The translations under genes and the position numbers were made by a program. From positions 1 to 57,871 of the forward strand of contig JAFGJH010000059.1 of NCBI GenBank assembly GCA_016929255.1: a stretch of 57,871 nt of DNA, in the 5' to 3' direction. How positions within the stretch are numbered: position 1 is the stretch's first letter; each line of letters begins with the position of its first letter. Shown here piece after piece: positions 45,957 to 56,109 of this stretch. The notes under the pieces are model-generated. The model was given only the letters and a program-made list of their open reading frames with translations. It had not been told where the DNA came from and made no database searches. The stretch is from Candidatus Woesearchaeota archaeon. Its GTDB lineage: Archaea; Nanobdellota; Nanobdellia; Woesearchaeales; UBA11576.

Positions 45957-46520
45957 TCATTCAGGCCTCTTGAACCTGTCATGCCTGTGCCTGTGCCTGT
46001 GTTCTGCTGCGTGAAGGACAAGGCCGAGTATCGCTATGACCACCAGCATGCCTGAAACAGCAGAAATGGCATGGTTTGTGGCAAGTTTTGTCACGCCCCC
46101 GACAGCAGCGCCCGTGACTGCCGGATCGCTGAGCATGTAATAAAAAGACACTCCCAGAATAAGCACTGCAGCGATCACCAGGATGTATGTGGATAAAGGG
46201 AAGTTCTCCTTTGCCCCCTGGCTCAGCATCTTCTCAGCCTGCCTCTGCTTATGGTAACGCAGCCTCAGGTCATCAACTACAGAATCATAAGGCCTGTTGT
46301 GGTGTCCGAGCCTTTCCAGCCTCTTCTGGACATCATCCATATCCTTGATCAGCCGGTTATTAGAACGCATCCTCTCGACCTGCAGCTTCGTAAGCCTTTC
46401 CGTGGCCTGCTTCGGGTCAGTCCCCAGATACACGTGCTTTTTAGAGCCGTCTTTCTCGGTCACGTGACTGAAATGATGCGTGACCTTACGCTTCCCTCTT
46501 TTTTCCTCAAGTTTGTGCAT
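45957..46520 (-). CDS. Hypothetical membrane protein
   Basis: 187 aa. Basic N-terminal half, two C-terminal TM helices, HRHRHRH tail. Confidence 0.5.
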   Translation of the reverse strand: MHKLEEKRGKRKVTHHFSHVTEKDGSKKHVYLGTDPKQATERLTKLQVERMRSNNRLIKDMDDVQKRLERLGHHNRPYDSVVDDLRLRYHKQRQAEKMLSQGAKENFPLSTYILVIAAVLILGVSFYYMLSDPAVTGAAVGGVTKLATNHAISAVSGMLVVIAILGLVLHAAEHRHRHRHDRFKRPE

Positions 46521-46591
46521 GGAATCCCAGCACGCAAAACTGATTTATAAAACTTTAGGAGAAATAATGCAAGGCAGATGTACCTCCCGCC

Positions 46592-46978
46592 CTAGAACAG
46601 GCTGAATTCACCCAAGTCCTTCGAATGGGCGATTATATCTGTCGAGGTTATTATCCCCACCAGCCTGCCGTCGTCAACTACTGGCAGCTTCTTTATCTTG
46701 TTCTGGCTCATGAGCGACGCGGCGTCATCGATGAGCCTCTTAGAGCCTATCATGACAATATCCCTTGACATGAATTCAGACAGAGGACGCTCCAGGCTCT
46801 TGCTGTCTTCAGAGACACTCTTGAGTATATCCCGCTCAGTTATTATGCCTTTTATCTCATCTCCCGAAACTATTATGATCGACCCTATATGCTCTTTTGC
46901 CATAATCCTTGCGGCGTCCTGCAGCGAAGAATCTGAGCTGATAGTAACCGCTTTCTTCATTATCTCCTTGACCCGCAT
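46592..46978 (-). CDS. CBS-domain pair protein
   Basis: Two CBS repeats (VKEIMKKAVTISSD..., LSEFMSRDIVMIG...). Start at the ATG at 46978 with AGGTG 5 nt upstream. Confidence 0.8.
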   Translation of the reverse strand: MRVKEIMKKAVTISSDSSLQDAARIMAKEHIGSIIIVSGDEIKGIITERDILKSVSEDSKSLERPLSEFMSRDIVMIGSKRLIDDAASLMSQNKIKKLPVVDDGRLVGIITSTDIIAHSKDLGEFSLF

Positions 46979-47059
46979 GACAACACCTACTTTCAGAAAC
47001 AATCAGGCATTATTAATACTTTCGTATCTGTTCAGCTCAATCAAGGAGGCACTACCCTT

Positions 47060-47253
47060 CTGCTGACCCGCAGTCGGCTGCTATCCACTTATATTTCTGG
47101 CCATGCGCTCAAAGACCTGCTATGCAGGGGTCTTTGGCGTCCTAAAATGCTACGCATTTTATGACTTGTGCAATATCCGCACATTTCAGAACAAGCGCAG
47201 CCCATTCCGCTTCTCAAGTCAGAGGATGCACAATAAGCGGCAGCAGTGCCGCC
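47060..47253. repeat. Family 1 MITE-like element, copy D (longer variant)
   Basis: Arms CTGCTGACCCGC / GCGGCAGCAG. Core GCGCAGCCCATTCCGCTTCT. Carries the extra hairpin CAAAGACC/GGTCTTTG. The intergenic region is bracketed by ACCTACTTTC(A/G)GAAA direct repeats (46985-47000, 47272-47288). Confidence 0.55.
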
Positions 47254-47345
47254 AATAATGGCTAAACAAATACCTACTTTCGGAAAACCAACAACACCGG
47301 AAAAAAAACAAAAGCTTTATAATCACTAATCCTGTCTTCAGGGGC

Positions 47346-47942
47346 ATGAAGATACTTGCCTTGGTCGACCTGCATGGTTCTATGAACGCAATAAAGAAGA
47401 TGGCTGCGCTTGCAAAGAAGGAAAAGGTGGACTACATCGTCAGCGCAGGAGACCACACCATATTCGGCGACTCCAACGAGGCAATAATAAGGAAGTTCGA
47501 TGAGATAGGAGTGCCCGTAATAATGCTACACGGCAACCACGAGGACGAAGGCACCATGCGCAGGCTCTGCGCAAAGACCAAGAACGTGAAGTTCCTGCAC
47601 AAGGAACTCCTGGATGCTGACGGATATGTGTTCATGTGCTACGGAGGCGGCGGGTTCTCGACAAAAGACAAGGAATTCGAGGACTGGTCCCAGCAGGCCA
47701 TGAAGCAGGTACCTGAAGGAAAGAAGATAATACTGGTGACTCATGCACCACCCTATGGAACCAAACTCGACCTGATCCTTGACCAGCCTGCAGGAAGCAA
47801 ATCCATAAGGCAGTTCATAAAGCTTGTCCAGCCAAAGCTCGCGATATCAGGGCACCTTCACGAGAACGCAGGAGCGAAAGACAGGATAGACGGCACAAAA
47901 ACAGTCAACCCCGGGCCATGGGGAATGATATTCATCGTTTAG
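47346..47942 (+). CDS. Calcineurin-like metallophosphoesterase
   Basis: 198 aa. LVDLHG, SAGDH, LHGNHE, GHLHE motifs. Confidence 0.8.
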   Translation: MKILALVDLHGSMNAIKKMAALAKKEKVDYIVSAGDHTIFGDSNEAIIRKFDEIGVPVIMLHGNHEDEGTMRRLCAKTKNVKFLHKELLDADGYVFMCYGGGGFSTKDKEFEDWSQQAMKQVPEGKKIILVTHAPPYGTKLDLILDQPAGSKSIRQFIKLVQPKLAISGHLHENAGAKDRIDGTKTVNPGPWGMIFIV

Positions 47943-47944
47943 AG

Positions 47945-48877
47945 TCAGAACTTCATAATTCTCCCATCAAAGTCCTCTTTCATCAACAGCACAACCCTTG
48001 ATGCGGGATGCTCATCTATGACCTTGTAGCCGGCGTGCTCTGCTATCTCTTCCGAGAATTTTCTTACGTCCTTATGCAGGGGCATGTTGGCCAACCCGAG
48101 CTTGAGGCGCGAAGCGCCCACGAACATGTAAGCCTTCACCTCAACAAAGTGAGGGTCAGCGCGCCTTATGAGAGCTGCGTAGCCGGCAGGGTCAAGCATG
48201 TTCATATCATTTATTGCTGTGATGCGGATGCAGGTCCTTGTCTTCTGCTTGAGCTGCTTCATGATGTCAAGGCTTTTCATCAGGCGCTCCCAGGCGTCAG
48301 GATGCAGGGGTTTGCAAAGCCTGTCCTGCAATTCCTTGCCGGGCGAGTCTAATGACAGGTAGAGCTGGGTGGGCGGCTCAAGGTTTTTCATCACTTCAGG
48401 CAGCATGCCGTTCGTGACAACAAAGCTCGAGAAACCCTTCTTCTTCAGCTCCTTGATGAAACCGCTCAGGTGCGGGTAGTACAATGTCTCACCAGTGAGC
48501 GAGATGGCAAACTGGTCAGGGTCCTGCGCCTCCCTGAACTTCCTCTTGTCAGTCTTTTCCAGGCCGCCGAAACCTGACAGAAGCTTGCGCTGGGCAGCGA
48601 CTGCCTTCGCGACCAATTCTTTCGGGTCATCTATGCTTGTGAAAGGCTCATTGTAATGCTCGCGCCAGCAATACACGCAGTCCATATCGCAGAAATTCAC
48701 AGTGACAGACATCTGGCAGCAGCGGTGAGAGCGTATGCCATAGAACTGCTCCTTATAGCACACGCCCTGGTTGCGCAGCGACTTCTTGGTCCACGTGCAT
48801 ATCTTGACAGCAGAGTGGCTGCCGATGAGCTCATAATGCTGTCTCGCCAGCAGCTTCCTGTAAGCTTCTTTGACCAT
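47945..48877 (-). CDS. taw1: Radical SAM tRNA 4-demethylwyosine synthase (Taw1/TYW1)
   Basis: Start at the ATG at 48877 (MVKEAYRKLLARQHY); the longer track ORF crosses the promoter. TYW1-type N-terminal Cys region and CDMDCVYCWR radical SAM cluster. Confidence 0.8.
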   Translation of the reverse strand: MVKEAYRKLLARQHYELIGSHSAVKICTWTKKSLRNQGVCYKEQFYGIRSHRCCQMSVTVNFCDMDCVYCWREHYNEPFTSIDDPKELVAKAVAAQRKLLSGFGGLEKTDKRKFREAQDPDQFAISLTGETLYYPHLSGFIKELKKKGFSSFVVTNGMLPEVMKNLEPPTQLYLSLDSPGKELQDRLCKPLHPDAWERLMKSLDIMKQLKQKTRTCIRITAINDMNMLDPAGYAALIRRADPHFVEVKAYMFVGASRLKLGLANMPLHKDVRKFSEEIAEHAGYKVIDEHPASRVVLLMKEDFDGRIMKF

Positions 48878-48959
48878 GCAGGGTGGGGAGAGGGCTGGTT
48901 TTTTAAGGGTTGCGGCAGCATAAGTAAAATATATAAAACAAGCCTTGTTCTGATGCACT

Positions 48960-49463
48960 ATGAAAGTCCTGGATGTGCTCAAACGGTTCAAGCAGACAAC
49001 CCTGTTCAAGGAATGGCATAGGAAGAACAAGGAAGCGAAGCTTGTCCACGTGTTCATAATGCTTGACCCTGGACAGGAAGTCAAGTATGACATAGGATTC
49101 TACGACTATAGTAAGAAGCTTATGACATCATTCACAGTCGATGAGGCGCTCAATGACATACAGTCCAGGGAAGACAAGGAAGTGTTCAAGAAGCCAGGAG
49201 ATAAGATAAACCCCCTGGATGAGTCAAGGCTCAGAATATGCTTCAATGAAGCGTGCGCCAAGTGCCGGCAGCTCCAGAACGACAAATACAGGCAGCACAC
49301 ACCAATCAAGGAAGTGGTAATACTCCAGAACCTGGACTGCGGGCAGGTCTGGAACATAACATACATCACAAAGACCTTCCAGACACTCAACATGAAAGTG
49401 GACGCTGAGACAGGAGATATCGTGGAGGAAAAACTCCACCAGATATTCAGCTTTGATAAATGA
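48960..49463 (+). CDS. Hypothetical protein, possibly PepSY-like
   Basis: 167 aa. C-terminal VWNITYITKTFQTLNMKVDAETGDIVEE resembles the PepSY pattern. Confidence 0.4.
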   Translation: MKVLDVLKRFKQTTLFKEWHRKNKEAKLVHVFIMLDPGQEVKYDIGFYDYSKKLMTSFTVDEALNDIQSREDKEVFKKPGDKINPLDESRLRICFNEACAKCRQLQNDKYRQHTPIKEVVILQNLDCGQVWNITYITKTFQTLNMKVDAETGDIVEEKLHQIFSFDK

Positions 49464-49497
49464 CGCGGCTTCAGCCGTTCAGTTCGAAAGAATCAAC

Positions 49498-49598
49498 CTG
49501 CAGCCGCCGCGCTCGCACCGCTTCTCTTTCAGACCCTCTTTGCTCAACTGCGATATTATCCGCATATATCTCCGCTGCCTGCTAGGCTGCGGCTGCAG
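49498..49598. repeat. Family 1 MITE-like element, copy E (short)
   Basis: TIR CTGCAGCCGCCGC / GCTGCGGCTGCAG. Core CGCACCGCTTCTCTTTCAGA. Confidence 0.5.
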
Positions 49599-49923
49599 TG
49601 TATGCTGGTGAAATGACACAACAAAAAACATAAATCCGTCGATGTTTTTCTACAAAACACGATTCGTGATAAACATAATTTCATCAGGCAGTGGTGTCTC
49701 AATGCAGACTATATTTTACTAAGAATAGTTTTCAGTTTGGGTTAATTTATATACTAGTCTTGTTTCTGAAAATACTGCATTCATGGTTCTGGAATTCTCT
49801 TCACGATTTCAGAACCACCCCAACTTTTTTGTGCAGACTTTTGCAGGTCTCGCTGGAGATGCTCAAAGACTCGATTTGCAGGAGTCTTTGGCAACTCAAG
49901 TCCTTTGGCCTTGAGTAGAAGAG

Positions 49924-50061
49924 ATGAAAGGAGGTGAAAGCTTGATTCCTCAGAGCAACATCAGCTACAAGACAATCAAGAGCAACAGGACACTATTCGA
50001 CTGCGTAGGCAAGGAATGCTTTGAGGCAGAAGAGGAGAACGAAGAGGAGATAGTTGATTAA
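49924..50061 (+). CDS. Possible small acidic-tailed protein (45 aa)
   Basis: Not in the ORF track (<60 aa). ATG at 49924 and an in-frame TTG at 49942, with GGAGGTGA between them. Two Cys. Tail EEENEEEIVD. Confidence 0.25.
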   Translation: MKGGESLIPQSNISYKTIKSNRTLFDCVGKECFEAEEENEEEIVD

Positions 50062-50109
50062 GAAATTGTTCTCGCTTTTTTCATCCGACACCTGATAATG
50101 CCAGATATT

Positions 50110-50991
50110 TCACTGTCTGATGCCATAATTGAACTTCTGACCACCCTTCAGCTTTCCAGACCTGAAAAGCCCGACAACAGCAAGCGCAGCCCTCACAGTG
50201 TCCTCAGGCCTTTTAGGTTTCTCTGTATTCACGTAAGCGACACATGAGCCCTGCGACTCAAGAAGCTCCCTCAGCCATCCTGCCCGGTACTTGCCCTCAA
50301 TCCGCCTCTGGAACTCCAATGTCTCGAACTTGCAGCAGTCCTTCTTGTCCCTGGCAGACTTGCGCTCCATGGCGGTCTCAGCGCTCACATCGCATATCAC
50401 ATACAGGTGAGGCGCGTTCCCTGCAGCATAGCGGTTGCCCTCAAGCGCAAGGATATGGTCAACAGTGAGGGGGTTGTCCATCGAAGACTGGTAAACCACG
50501 CTGGAGCAGAAGTTGCGCTCACAATACACATCCACCCCATCAAGTATCGCGGGGCGGATGAGCTTAGAGATGAGCTCCTGCCTGTCCTCTGCGTAAGCCT
50601 CTGCAGCATCACGCGCAGTGTAATCAAGGCCTTTGACCTCATGGATGAGCTTGTTACGGATCTTCAGCCCGGTCCTGGCCCAGGTGGGCTCACAGGTGAA
50701 GATTACATCAATCCTTTTTCCATCCTCGCCCACAAAGAAACTCTTGAGCTTGCCATACTCAGGAATCACATCATTCGTCCCGTATATCGCGGAGAGAGGA
50801 TTGTCCCCGCCGTCAGCTATCCTGCGTTCCTCATTAGAAGGCCAAAGGAGACGCAGGTCTATGATGCGCTTTCCGGCAGCCATCTCAGCACGCTTTATGG
50901 CGCTCACTATCGAGCCCTTGCCGCCGCAGTCAATCGACTCTGCAACAAGATACAGCCCGCTTTTCCTGCCGCACTCTGTTATCAATGCCAT
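50110..50991 (-). CDS. tmk: Thymidylate-kinase-like (d)NMP kinase, long form
   Basis: Start at the ATG at 50991 (TATA AGTATAAATAC about 23 nt upstream). P-loop ESIDCGGKGS, AEDRQEL, CERNFCSSVVYQS match the Tmk pattern. About 90 aa longer than typical Tmk. Confidence 0.6.
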   Translation of the reverse strand: MALITECGRKSGLYLVAESIDCGGKGSIVSAIKRAEMAAGKRIIDLRLLWPSNEERRIADGGDNPLSAIYGTNDVIPEYGKLKSFFVGEDGKRIDVIFTCEPTWARTGLKIRNKLIHEVKGLDYTARDAAEAYAEDRQELISKLIRPAILDGVDVYCERNFCSSVVYQSSMDNPLTVDHILALEGNRYAAGNAPHLYVICDVSAETAMERKSARDKKDCCKFETLEFQRRIEGKYRAGWLRELLESQGSCVAYVNTEKPKRPEDTVRAALAVVGLFRSGKLKGGQKFNYGIRQ

Positions 50992-51142
50992 CAGACAGAT
51001 CCGGCCCTGGTTTGTATTTATACTTATTGATTCCCGCCCAAGATGTTTTTTAAATGAACATGATATTTTAAATATCACATGCCATATTTGGCATCATCAT
51101 AATATATAGTGAGTGATACAGCAAATATAAGGAAGGCGAAAA

Positions 51143-52966
51143 ATGGGGGTACAGACATTGACAGAAATCATACAGACAGTCCTAGATGAAGATGGAACCC
51201 TGAAGCCAGGCTTCTCAGGCATAGGAAGGCTCCGCGGAAAGAGCGGAGACGACTATACAGAGGATGAAAGGACAGTCCTCGAGCACTTCTTCACGAACAC
51301 CCACTCAAACATATACTGCGCAACAGACAACATGCCCAATGAGCTGTGGGCGCTGGTGATGGGACAGTACGCGAGGAGCAACTTCACAGGAAGGGACAGG
51401 CTGCTGCAGCTCTTCCACGACATGCACGAGAAAGAGAAAGAGGCATCAGTGGCAAAGCTCGCAGAGATGATAAGGTCAGGCGAAGATGTCGCGGCCATGC
51501 TATCAGGCCACCTGAAGAAAGCGGGAAAATTCATCGACACATGGGGGGTCAAGTACGGCCACGCGAGCCTCAGGGATTCAGGCACCATAAGGATATGCTT
51601 CGAGGGAGTGAGCCAGAGAGCGACAAAGTTCCTCGAGGCAGCACGCGAAGGAGCCTACCAGGAGCAGTCTACAAGGGCGCTACCGTTCACAGCAGAGAAC
51701 CTCGGCGTCCCGTACGAGGTGCGCGGCACAAAATACGAAAAGATGCTTCTCGAGCTTGACCGTGGGCTCATAGAGCTATATGAACGGGTCTATGACCTGC
51801 TGCTCGACCACCTCGACAAGAAGTTCGCGCACAAGAGGGCTGAAGCAGACTTTCAGATACAGAAAGCCCTCGGAAGGTATGATGTGCGGATGAGGGACAG
51901 GAGCTGGGAAGGGATAATCAAGAGCAAGGCGTTCGACGTGGCGCGCTACCTCCTGCCGCAGAACATGACAACATCCCTCGGCATCACGCTCAACACAAGA
52001 AGGTTCCAGGACATGCTGACAGCATGGCAGTCAGAAGAGATAATGGAGATGCAGGCGCTCGGGGCAGCGGCGCAGGCAGAGGCAAGGAAGATAAGCCCGA
52101 CGCTCATGAAGTACGGCAACCGCAGCGAGTACCACGCGAACATACCGCCCGCACTGCGCGCGCTGCACAGGAAATTCGTAGAGGCAGAAGGAGCCGGCAA
52201 AGACTTCAGGTATCAGCATTACGACTGCGTCTCGACACTGGTCCATGCGCCAGCCGACCTGCAGAACCTGGTCCTCGCGAGCATACTCCTGAACGGCGGA
52301 GACGGCAAGGCAAGCATAGAAGAGCTGAAGAGCGCTGTGCAGAAGCTGAGGTTCGAGGAGAAACGCGAGATAGCACGTGCAGTCGCGGAAGGAAAAACCA
52401 GGCACGACATATTCAACAAGTCCCCTGAGATAGCTGCTGTGGTCTTTGAAAGGGTATATGACATAGGAGCGTACAGGGACCTACACCGGCAGAGAGGGGA
52501 CAGGCAGCAGGTCAACAGGTATTCAGTCATAGGATACAACATGCCCAAGGAGATAGAAGAGATAGGCATGAAAGCAGAGTTCGTCGCAATCATGCACGAT
52601 GTGAAGGAAATATATGACCTGCTCAAGAAGGAAGGGATGCACGCAGCAGCAGAATACGTGCCGGTGATGGCGAATGTCCTGAGACATGTTGCCACAAAAG
52701 ACCCTGTGCAATGCTTCTATGAGGCAGGGCTGAGGACACAGCCAGCAGGCATAGACTCGTACAGGTCAATAGCTCAGCAGGAGATACAGAAGCTGCTTGA
52801 GCTCATGCCAGTATTCCATGGCCTGGTGCCTTTCGACGATTCGTATTATGACCTGGGAAGGCTGCCTGAGGCGGTCCGGATGGAGATAGACCATTTCAAT
52901 GGCCAGATAAAGAAAGGAAATATCCAGCACAATACCTGCATAAATTTCCCAGATAAATTTAAATAA
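51143..52966 (+). CDS. thyX: Tandem-duplicated ThyX-like (Thy1 fold) protein
   Basis: 607 aa. Half 1: YGHASLRDSGTIRICFEGVSQRATKFLEAAREGAYQEQSTRA and VARYLLPQNMTTSLGITLNTRRF. Half 2: VVFERVYDIGAYRDLHRQRGDRQQVNRYS. Both align by eye to the ThyX RHRxxSxxxxSxRY region, but the motif is incomplete in each half. Confidence 0.6.
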   Translation: MGVQTLTEIIQTVLDEDGTLKPGFSGIGRLRGKSGDDYTEDERTVLEHFFTNTHSNIYCATDNMPNELWALVMGQYARSNFTGRDRLLQLFHDMHEKEKEASVAKLAEMIRSGEDVAAMLSGHLKKAGKFIDTWGVKYGHASLRDSGTIRICFEGVSQRATKFLEAAREGAYQEQSTRALPFTAENLGVPYEVRGTKYEKMLLELDRGLIELYERVYDLLLDHLDKKFAHKRAEADFQIQKALGRYDVRMRDRSWEGIIKSKAFDVARYLLPQNMTTSLGITLNTRRFQDMLTAWQSEEIMEMQALGAAAQAEARKISPTLMKYGNRSEYHANIPPALRALHRKFVEAEGAGKDFRYQHYDCVSTLVHAPADLQNLVLASILLNGGDGKASIEELKSAVQKLRFEEKREIARAVAEGKTRHDIFNKSPEIAAVVFERVYDIGAYRDLHRQRGDRQQVNRYSVIGYNMPKEIEEIGMKAEFVAIMHDVKEIYDLLKKEGMHAAAEYVPVMANVLRHVATKDPVQCFYEAGLRTQPAGIDSYRSIAQQEIQKLLELMPVFHGLVPFDDSYYDLGRLPEAVRMEIDHFNGQIKKGNIQHNTCINFPDKFK

Positions 52967-52988
52967 GCCCTGCTTTACTTTTTTTGCC

Positions 52989-54170
52989 ATGAACACAGTA
53001 ACATACGACAGCATAGTCAATTACATGAACAGCATGGAATTCTCAGGCATGAAGCTGGGCATAGACAGGATAAAGTCAGCCCTGCAACTATTCGGCAATC
53101 CTGAAAGGAAGCTGAAGATAATAAACATCGTCGGGACCAACGGCAAAGGGTCAGTGGCTGCGATGATGTCCCAGATACTCCGTGACTCAGGGCACAGGAC
53201 AGGGATGTTCACATCACCGCACCTTGTCGATGTCAGGGAAAGGATACAGGTGGACGGCCAGATGATAACCAAGCAGGATTTCAGGGATGTGTTCCTCGAG
53301 GCGAAATCCAAACTTGTGGAACTTACTTTCTTCGAGCTCGTCACGCTCATGGCAGTCCTTCATTTCGTCCATAAGAAAGCGGAGTACGCAATATTCGAGG
53401 CAGGACTAGGAGGCATGTACGACGCCACGAACTTTGACACAGGGATGATGACACTCATAACCAACATATCGCCGGATCACACATCTGTCCTTGGTGACAG
53501 CGTCGAAAAGATAGCAGAGGACAAGTGCGGCATGATAAAGAAGGGTCAGCCCGTAGTCGTGACGCATGCCAACAGCGGGCTGATGGGGCTGATAAGTCGG
53601 GTGGCAGCAGAGAGGAACGCGAGGCTTGTCATAGCAGATGACACAGACTATGAGCTGTCGCTCAAAGGCAGATTCCAGAAAGAGAACGCAGGCATAGCTG
53701 TACAGGCAGCCAAGGAGCTTAGGATAGATGAAGAGAGCGTGAAGCAATCCCTGCGCAGGGTAAAGTGGCCTGGAAGGGCAGAGTTCATCGAGAATAACGT
53801 CCTGCTCGACTGCGCGCACAACCCCGGAGGGATAGCTGCGTTGAGAGGATATGTCAAGACGCTGAAGTACGGCAGGCTGTTCATAATCTTTGCGGTCAGC
53901 AAGAACAAGGACTATACTGAGATGCTCAGCCTGCTGCCGGAACACCATGAGCTCATATTCACCCAGACAAGTGTCGCCAGGAGGCTGTCCATAGACGAAA
54001 TCCCTGATGACATAGAATGCACAAAGATGAGGGAGCCCATCAAAGCGCTCCAGCACGCCAAATCACTTGCAGGCGAGAAAGACCTTATACTAGTGTGCGG
54101 CTCGATATTCCTTGCAGGAGACATAAAGACCGCGCTAATGCCCGAGGCTGCCGAGGATGCGGTTACCTAG
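52989..54170 (+). CDS. folC: Folylpolyglutamate synthase/dihydrofolate synthase (Mur ligase family)
   Basis: 393 aa. P-loop VGTNGKGS, TSPHL, ISPDH motifs. Confidence 0.8.
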   Translation: MNTVTYDSIVNYMNSMEFSGMKLGIDRIKSALQLFGNPERKLKIINIVGTNGKGSVAAMMSQILRDSGHRTGMFTSPHLVDVRERIQVDGQMITKQDFRDVFLEAKSKLVELTFFELVTLMAVLHFVHKKAEYAIFEAGLGGMYDATNFDTGMMTLITNISPDHTSVLGDSVEKIAEDKCGMIKKGQPVVVTHANSGLMGLISRVAAERNARLVIADDTDYELSLKGRFQKENAGIAVQAAKELRIDEESVKQSLRRVKWPGRAEFIENNVLLDCAHNPGGIAALRGYVKTLKYGRLFIIFAVSKNKDYTEMLSLLPEHHELIFTQTSVARRLSIDEIPDDIECTKMREPIKALQHAKSLAGEKDLILVCGSIFLAGDIKTALMPEAAEDAVT

Positions 54171-54686
54171 GTCGGCGCATGCAAGCTTCACGTCTTCCTT
54201 CTTTTCCAATTCTCCCGGATCCGTGGCTCTGGCGACGACCGAACCAAGAGACACAATCTTCATCTCCCTGCAGTACTCATCAAATATCTTCACGAGAAAT
54301 CCAGTCTCCTCTGCAGGCCTCGCACCGACGCATACAAAGCCAGCAGGCTTATCCTTCAGCAGCGGAGGCTTGCAGAGCGGATTTGTCCTGTCCATGAAAA
54401 CCTTCAGCTGGCCTGAGATGTTGGTGAAGTAATTCGGGCTGCCCAGAAGAATAGCATCCGCCTCAAGCATCTTCGACAGCAGCACTTCCATCCCGTCTTC
54501 AATGACGCACGGGAAGCCGGTGCCATAACAGGTACGGCAGCAGCCTTCGCATGGCTTGATATCAATCTCCCCTAACCTGATCAGCTCGACATCACCGCCG
54601 CCTGCCCTGCACGCGTCCAGCACCCAATTCAGCATCTGCTCCGTGTTTCCCTTCCTTGGGCTGCCGCATATAGCCACTATCTTCAT
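54135..54686 (-). CDS. Iron-sulfur flavoprotein / NAD(P)H-dependent FMN reductase-like
   Basis: 183 aa. [15 protein letters not shown] flavodoxin-like start, Cys cluster [15 protein letters not shown]. Overlaps the glyA stop by 4 nt (operon) and overlaps the folC 3' end convergently by 36 nt. Confidence 0.7.
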   Translation of the reverse strand: MKIVAICGSPRKGNTEQMLNWVLDACRAGGGDVELIRLGEIDIKPCEGCCRTCYGTGFPCVIEDGMEVLLSKMLEADAILLGSPNYFTNISGQLKVFMDRTNPLCKPPLLKDKPAGFVCVGARPAEETGFLVKIFDEYCREMKIVSLGSVVARATDPGELEKKEDVKLACADLGNRILGSLGH

Positions 54687-56005
54687 TGTATCAGACCATC
54701 ATAGATAGGGAACTTCCTGCACAGATCCAGCACCTCTGCCCTTACCTTCGACTTGAGATACCCATCGCCAGGCTTCTTGATCACCTGCGAGATGAACAGG
54801 CCTATCATGCGCATCTCGCCCTCCTTCATGCCGCGGGTAGTCAGGGCAGGAGTGCCGAGACGTATCCCTGACGGGTCGAAAGGGCTGCGCTGGTCAAAAG
54901 GTATCATGTTCTTGTTGGTGAAGATGAACGCCTCATCAAGCGCCTTCTCGACCTCCTTGCCGCCGAGGCCGGTCTTAGTGAGGTCGATGAGCATCAGGTG
55001 GTTGTCAGTGCCGCCGGAGACAAGGCTTATGCCGCAGTCCATCAAGGTCTCGGCAAGCACCTTAGCATTCTTCAGCACCTGGCGCTGATAAAACTCAAAA
55101 CCCGGCTGGAGCGCCTCTCCGAATGCCACTGCCTTCGCAGCAATCACGTGGTCCAGCGGGCCGCCCTGCATGCCCGGGAAGACCGCGCTGTCGATCTTGC
55201 GCGCAAGATTCTTCTTGTCATCAGGCCTCAGCCGGTCATCAATCTTCGAGAGTATGAGAGCGCCTCTCGGGCCCCTCAGGGTCTTGTGCGTCGTGGTCGT
55301 GACGACATCGCAATAAGGGGCTGGATTCTGGTGCAGGCCTGCACCGACGATGCCTGCGATGTGCGCGATGTCTGCCATATGATATGCGCCTATCTCGTCG
55401 GCGATCTCCCTGAATGCCTTGAAGTCAAGCTTCCTAGGGTATGCGCTGAAACCGGAAAGCAGGAGCTTGGGCCTCTCACGGACCGCGATCTTCCTGACAG
55501 CGTCCATGTCAAGGCGCATCGTCTCCTTGTCCACGCCATAGCTCACGAAACTGTAGAACCTGCCTGAGAAATTCACACCGCTGCCGTGTGTCAGGTGGCC
55601 CCCATGGGCGAGATCCATGCCGAGTATCTTGTCTCCGAGATTGAGGAGCGCGAAGTATGCCTCCATGTTCGCCTGGCTGCCTGAGTGAGGCTGTACATTC
55701 GCGTGCTCAGCGCCGAAAATCTTTTTCGCGCGGTCGATGGCCAGCTGCTCAGAGACGTCCACGTGCTCGTTCCCGCCGTAATAGCGCCTGCCAGGATAGC
55801 CCTCGCTGTACTTGTTCGTGAGCACAGACCCCATAGCCTGCATCACGGCACGCGAGACGTAGTTCTCAGAAGCGATGAGCTCGACGCCCTTCTGCTGGCG
55901 GACAAGCTCATTCCTGACGACCGAGAATATTTCAGGATCCTTGTCTTTCAGATGCCTCATCATCCCGGAAAAAAATTCAGGACGTGCATATTTATACTTT
56001 TCCAT
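54683..56005 (-). CDS. glyA: Serine hydroxymethyltransferase
   Basis: 440 aa. [11 protein letters not shown]-lysine region [13 protein letters not shown]. Confidence 0.9.
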   Translation of the reverse strand: MEKYKYARPEFFSGMMRHLKDKDPEIFSVVRNELVRQQKGVELIASENYVSRAVMQAMGSVLTNKYSEGYPGRRYYGGNEHVDVSEQLAIDRAKKIFGAEHANVQPHSGSQANMEAYFALLNLGDKILGMDLAHGGHLTHGSGVNFSGRFYSFVSYGVDKETMRLDMDAVRKIAVRERPKLLLSGFSAYPRKLDFKAFREIADEIGAYHMADIAHIAGIVGAGLHQNPAPYCDVVTTTTHKTLRGPRGALILSKIDDRLRPDDKKNLARKIDSAVFPGMQGGPLDHVIAAKAVAFGEALQPGFEFYQRQVLKNAKVLAETLMDCGISLVSGGTDNHLMLIDLTKTGLGGKEVEKALDEAFIFTNKNMIPFDQRSPFDPSGIRLGTPALTTRGMKEGEMRMIGLFISQVIKKPGDGYLKSKVRAEVLDLCRKFPIYDGLIQ

Positions 56006-56109
56006 GCTGCTCTTTTAAAACAGATTTAAAACAAACCTTTTGTCTCCAGCCCTTGACAACACAACAAATAAATAAAACAACGGTCGTGTCTCTCACGGGG
56101 AGGTCAGAT

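Noticed and set aside
54135-54170. 36-nt convergent overlap of the folC and flavoprotein 3' ends as a possible annotation error or frameshift
   Set aside because: Both reading frames remain protein-like to their stops and no alternative stop or frameshift signature is evident. This is probably a genuine overlap in a compact genome.
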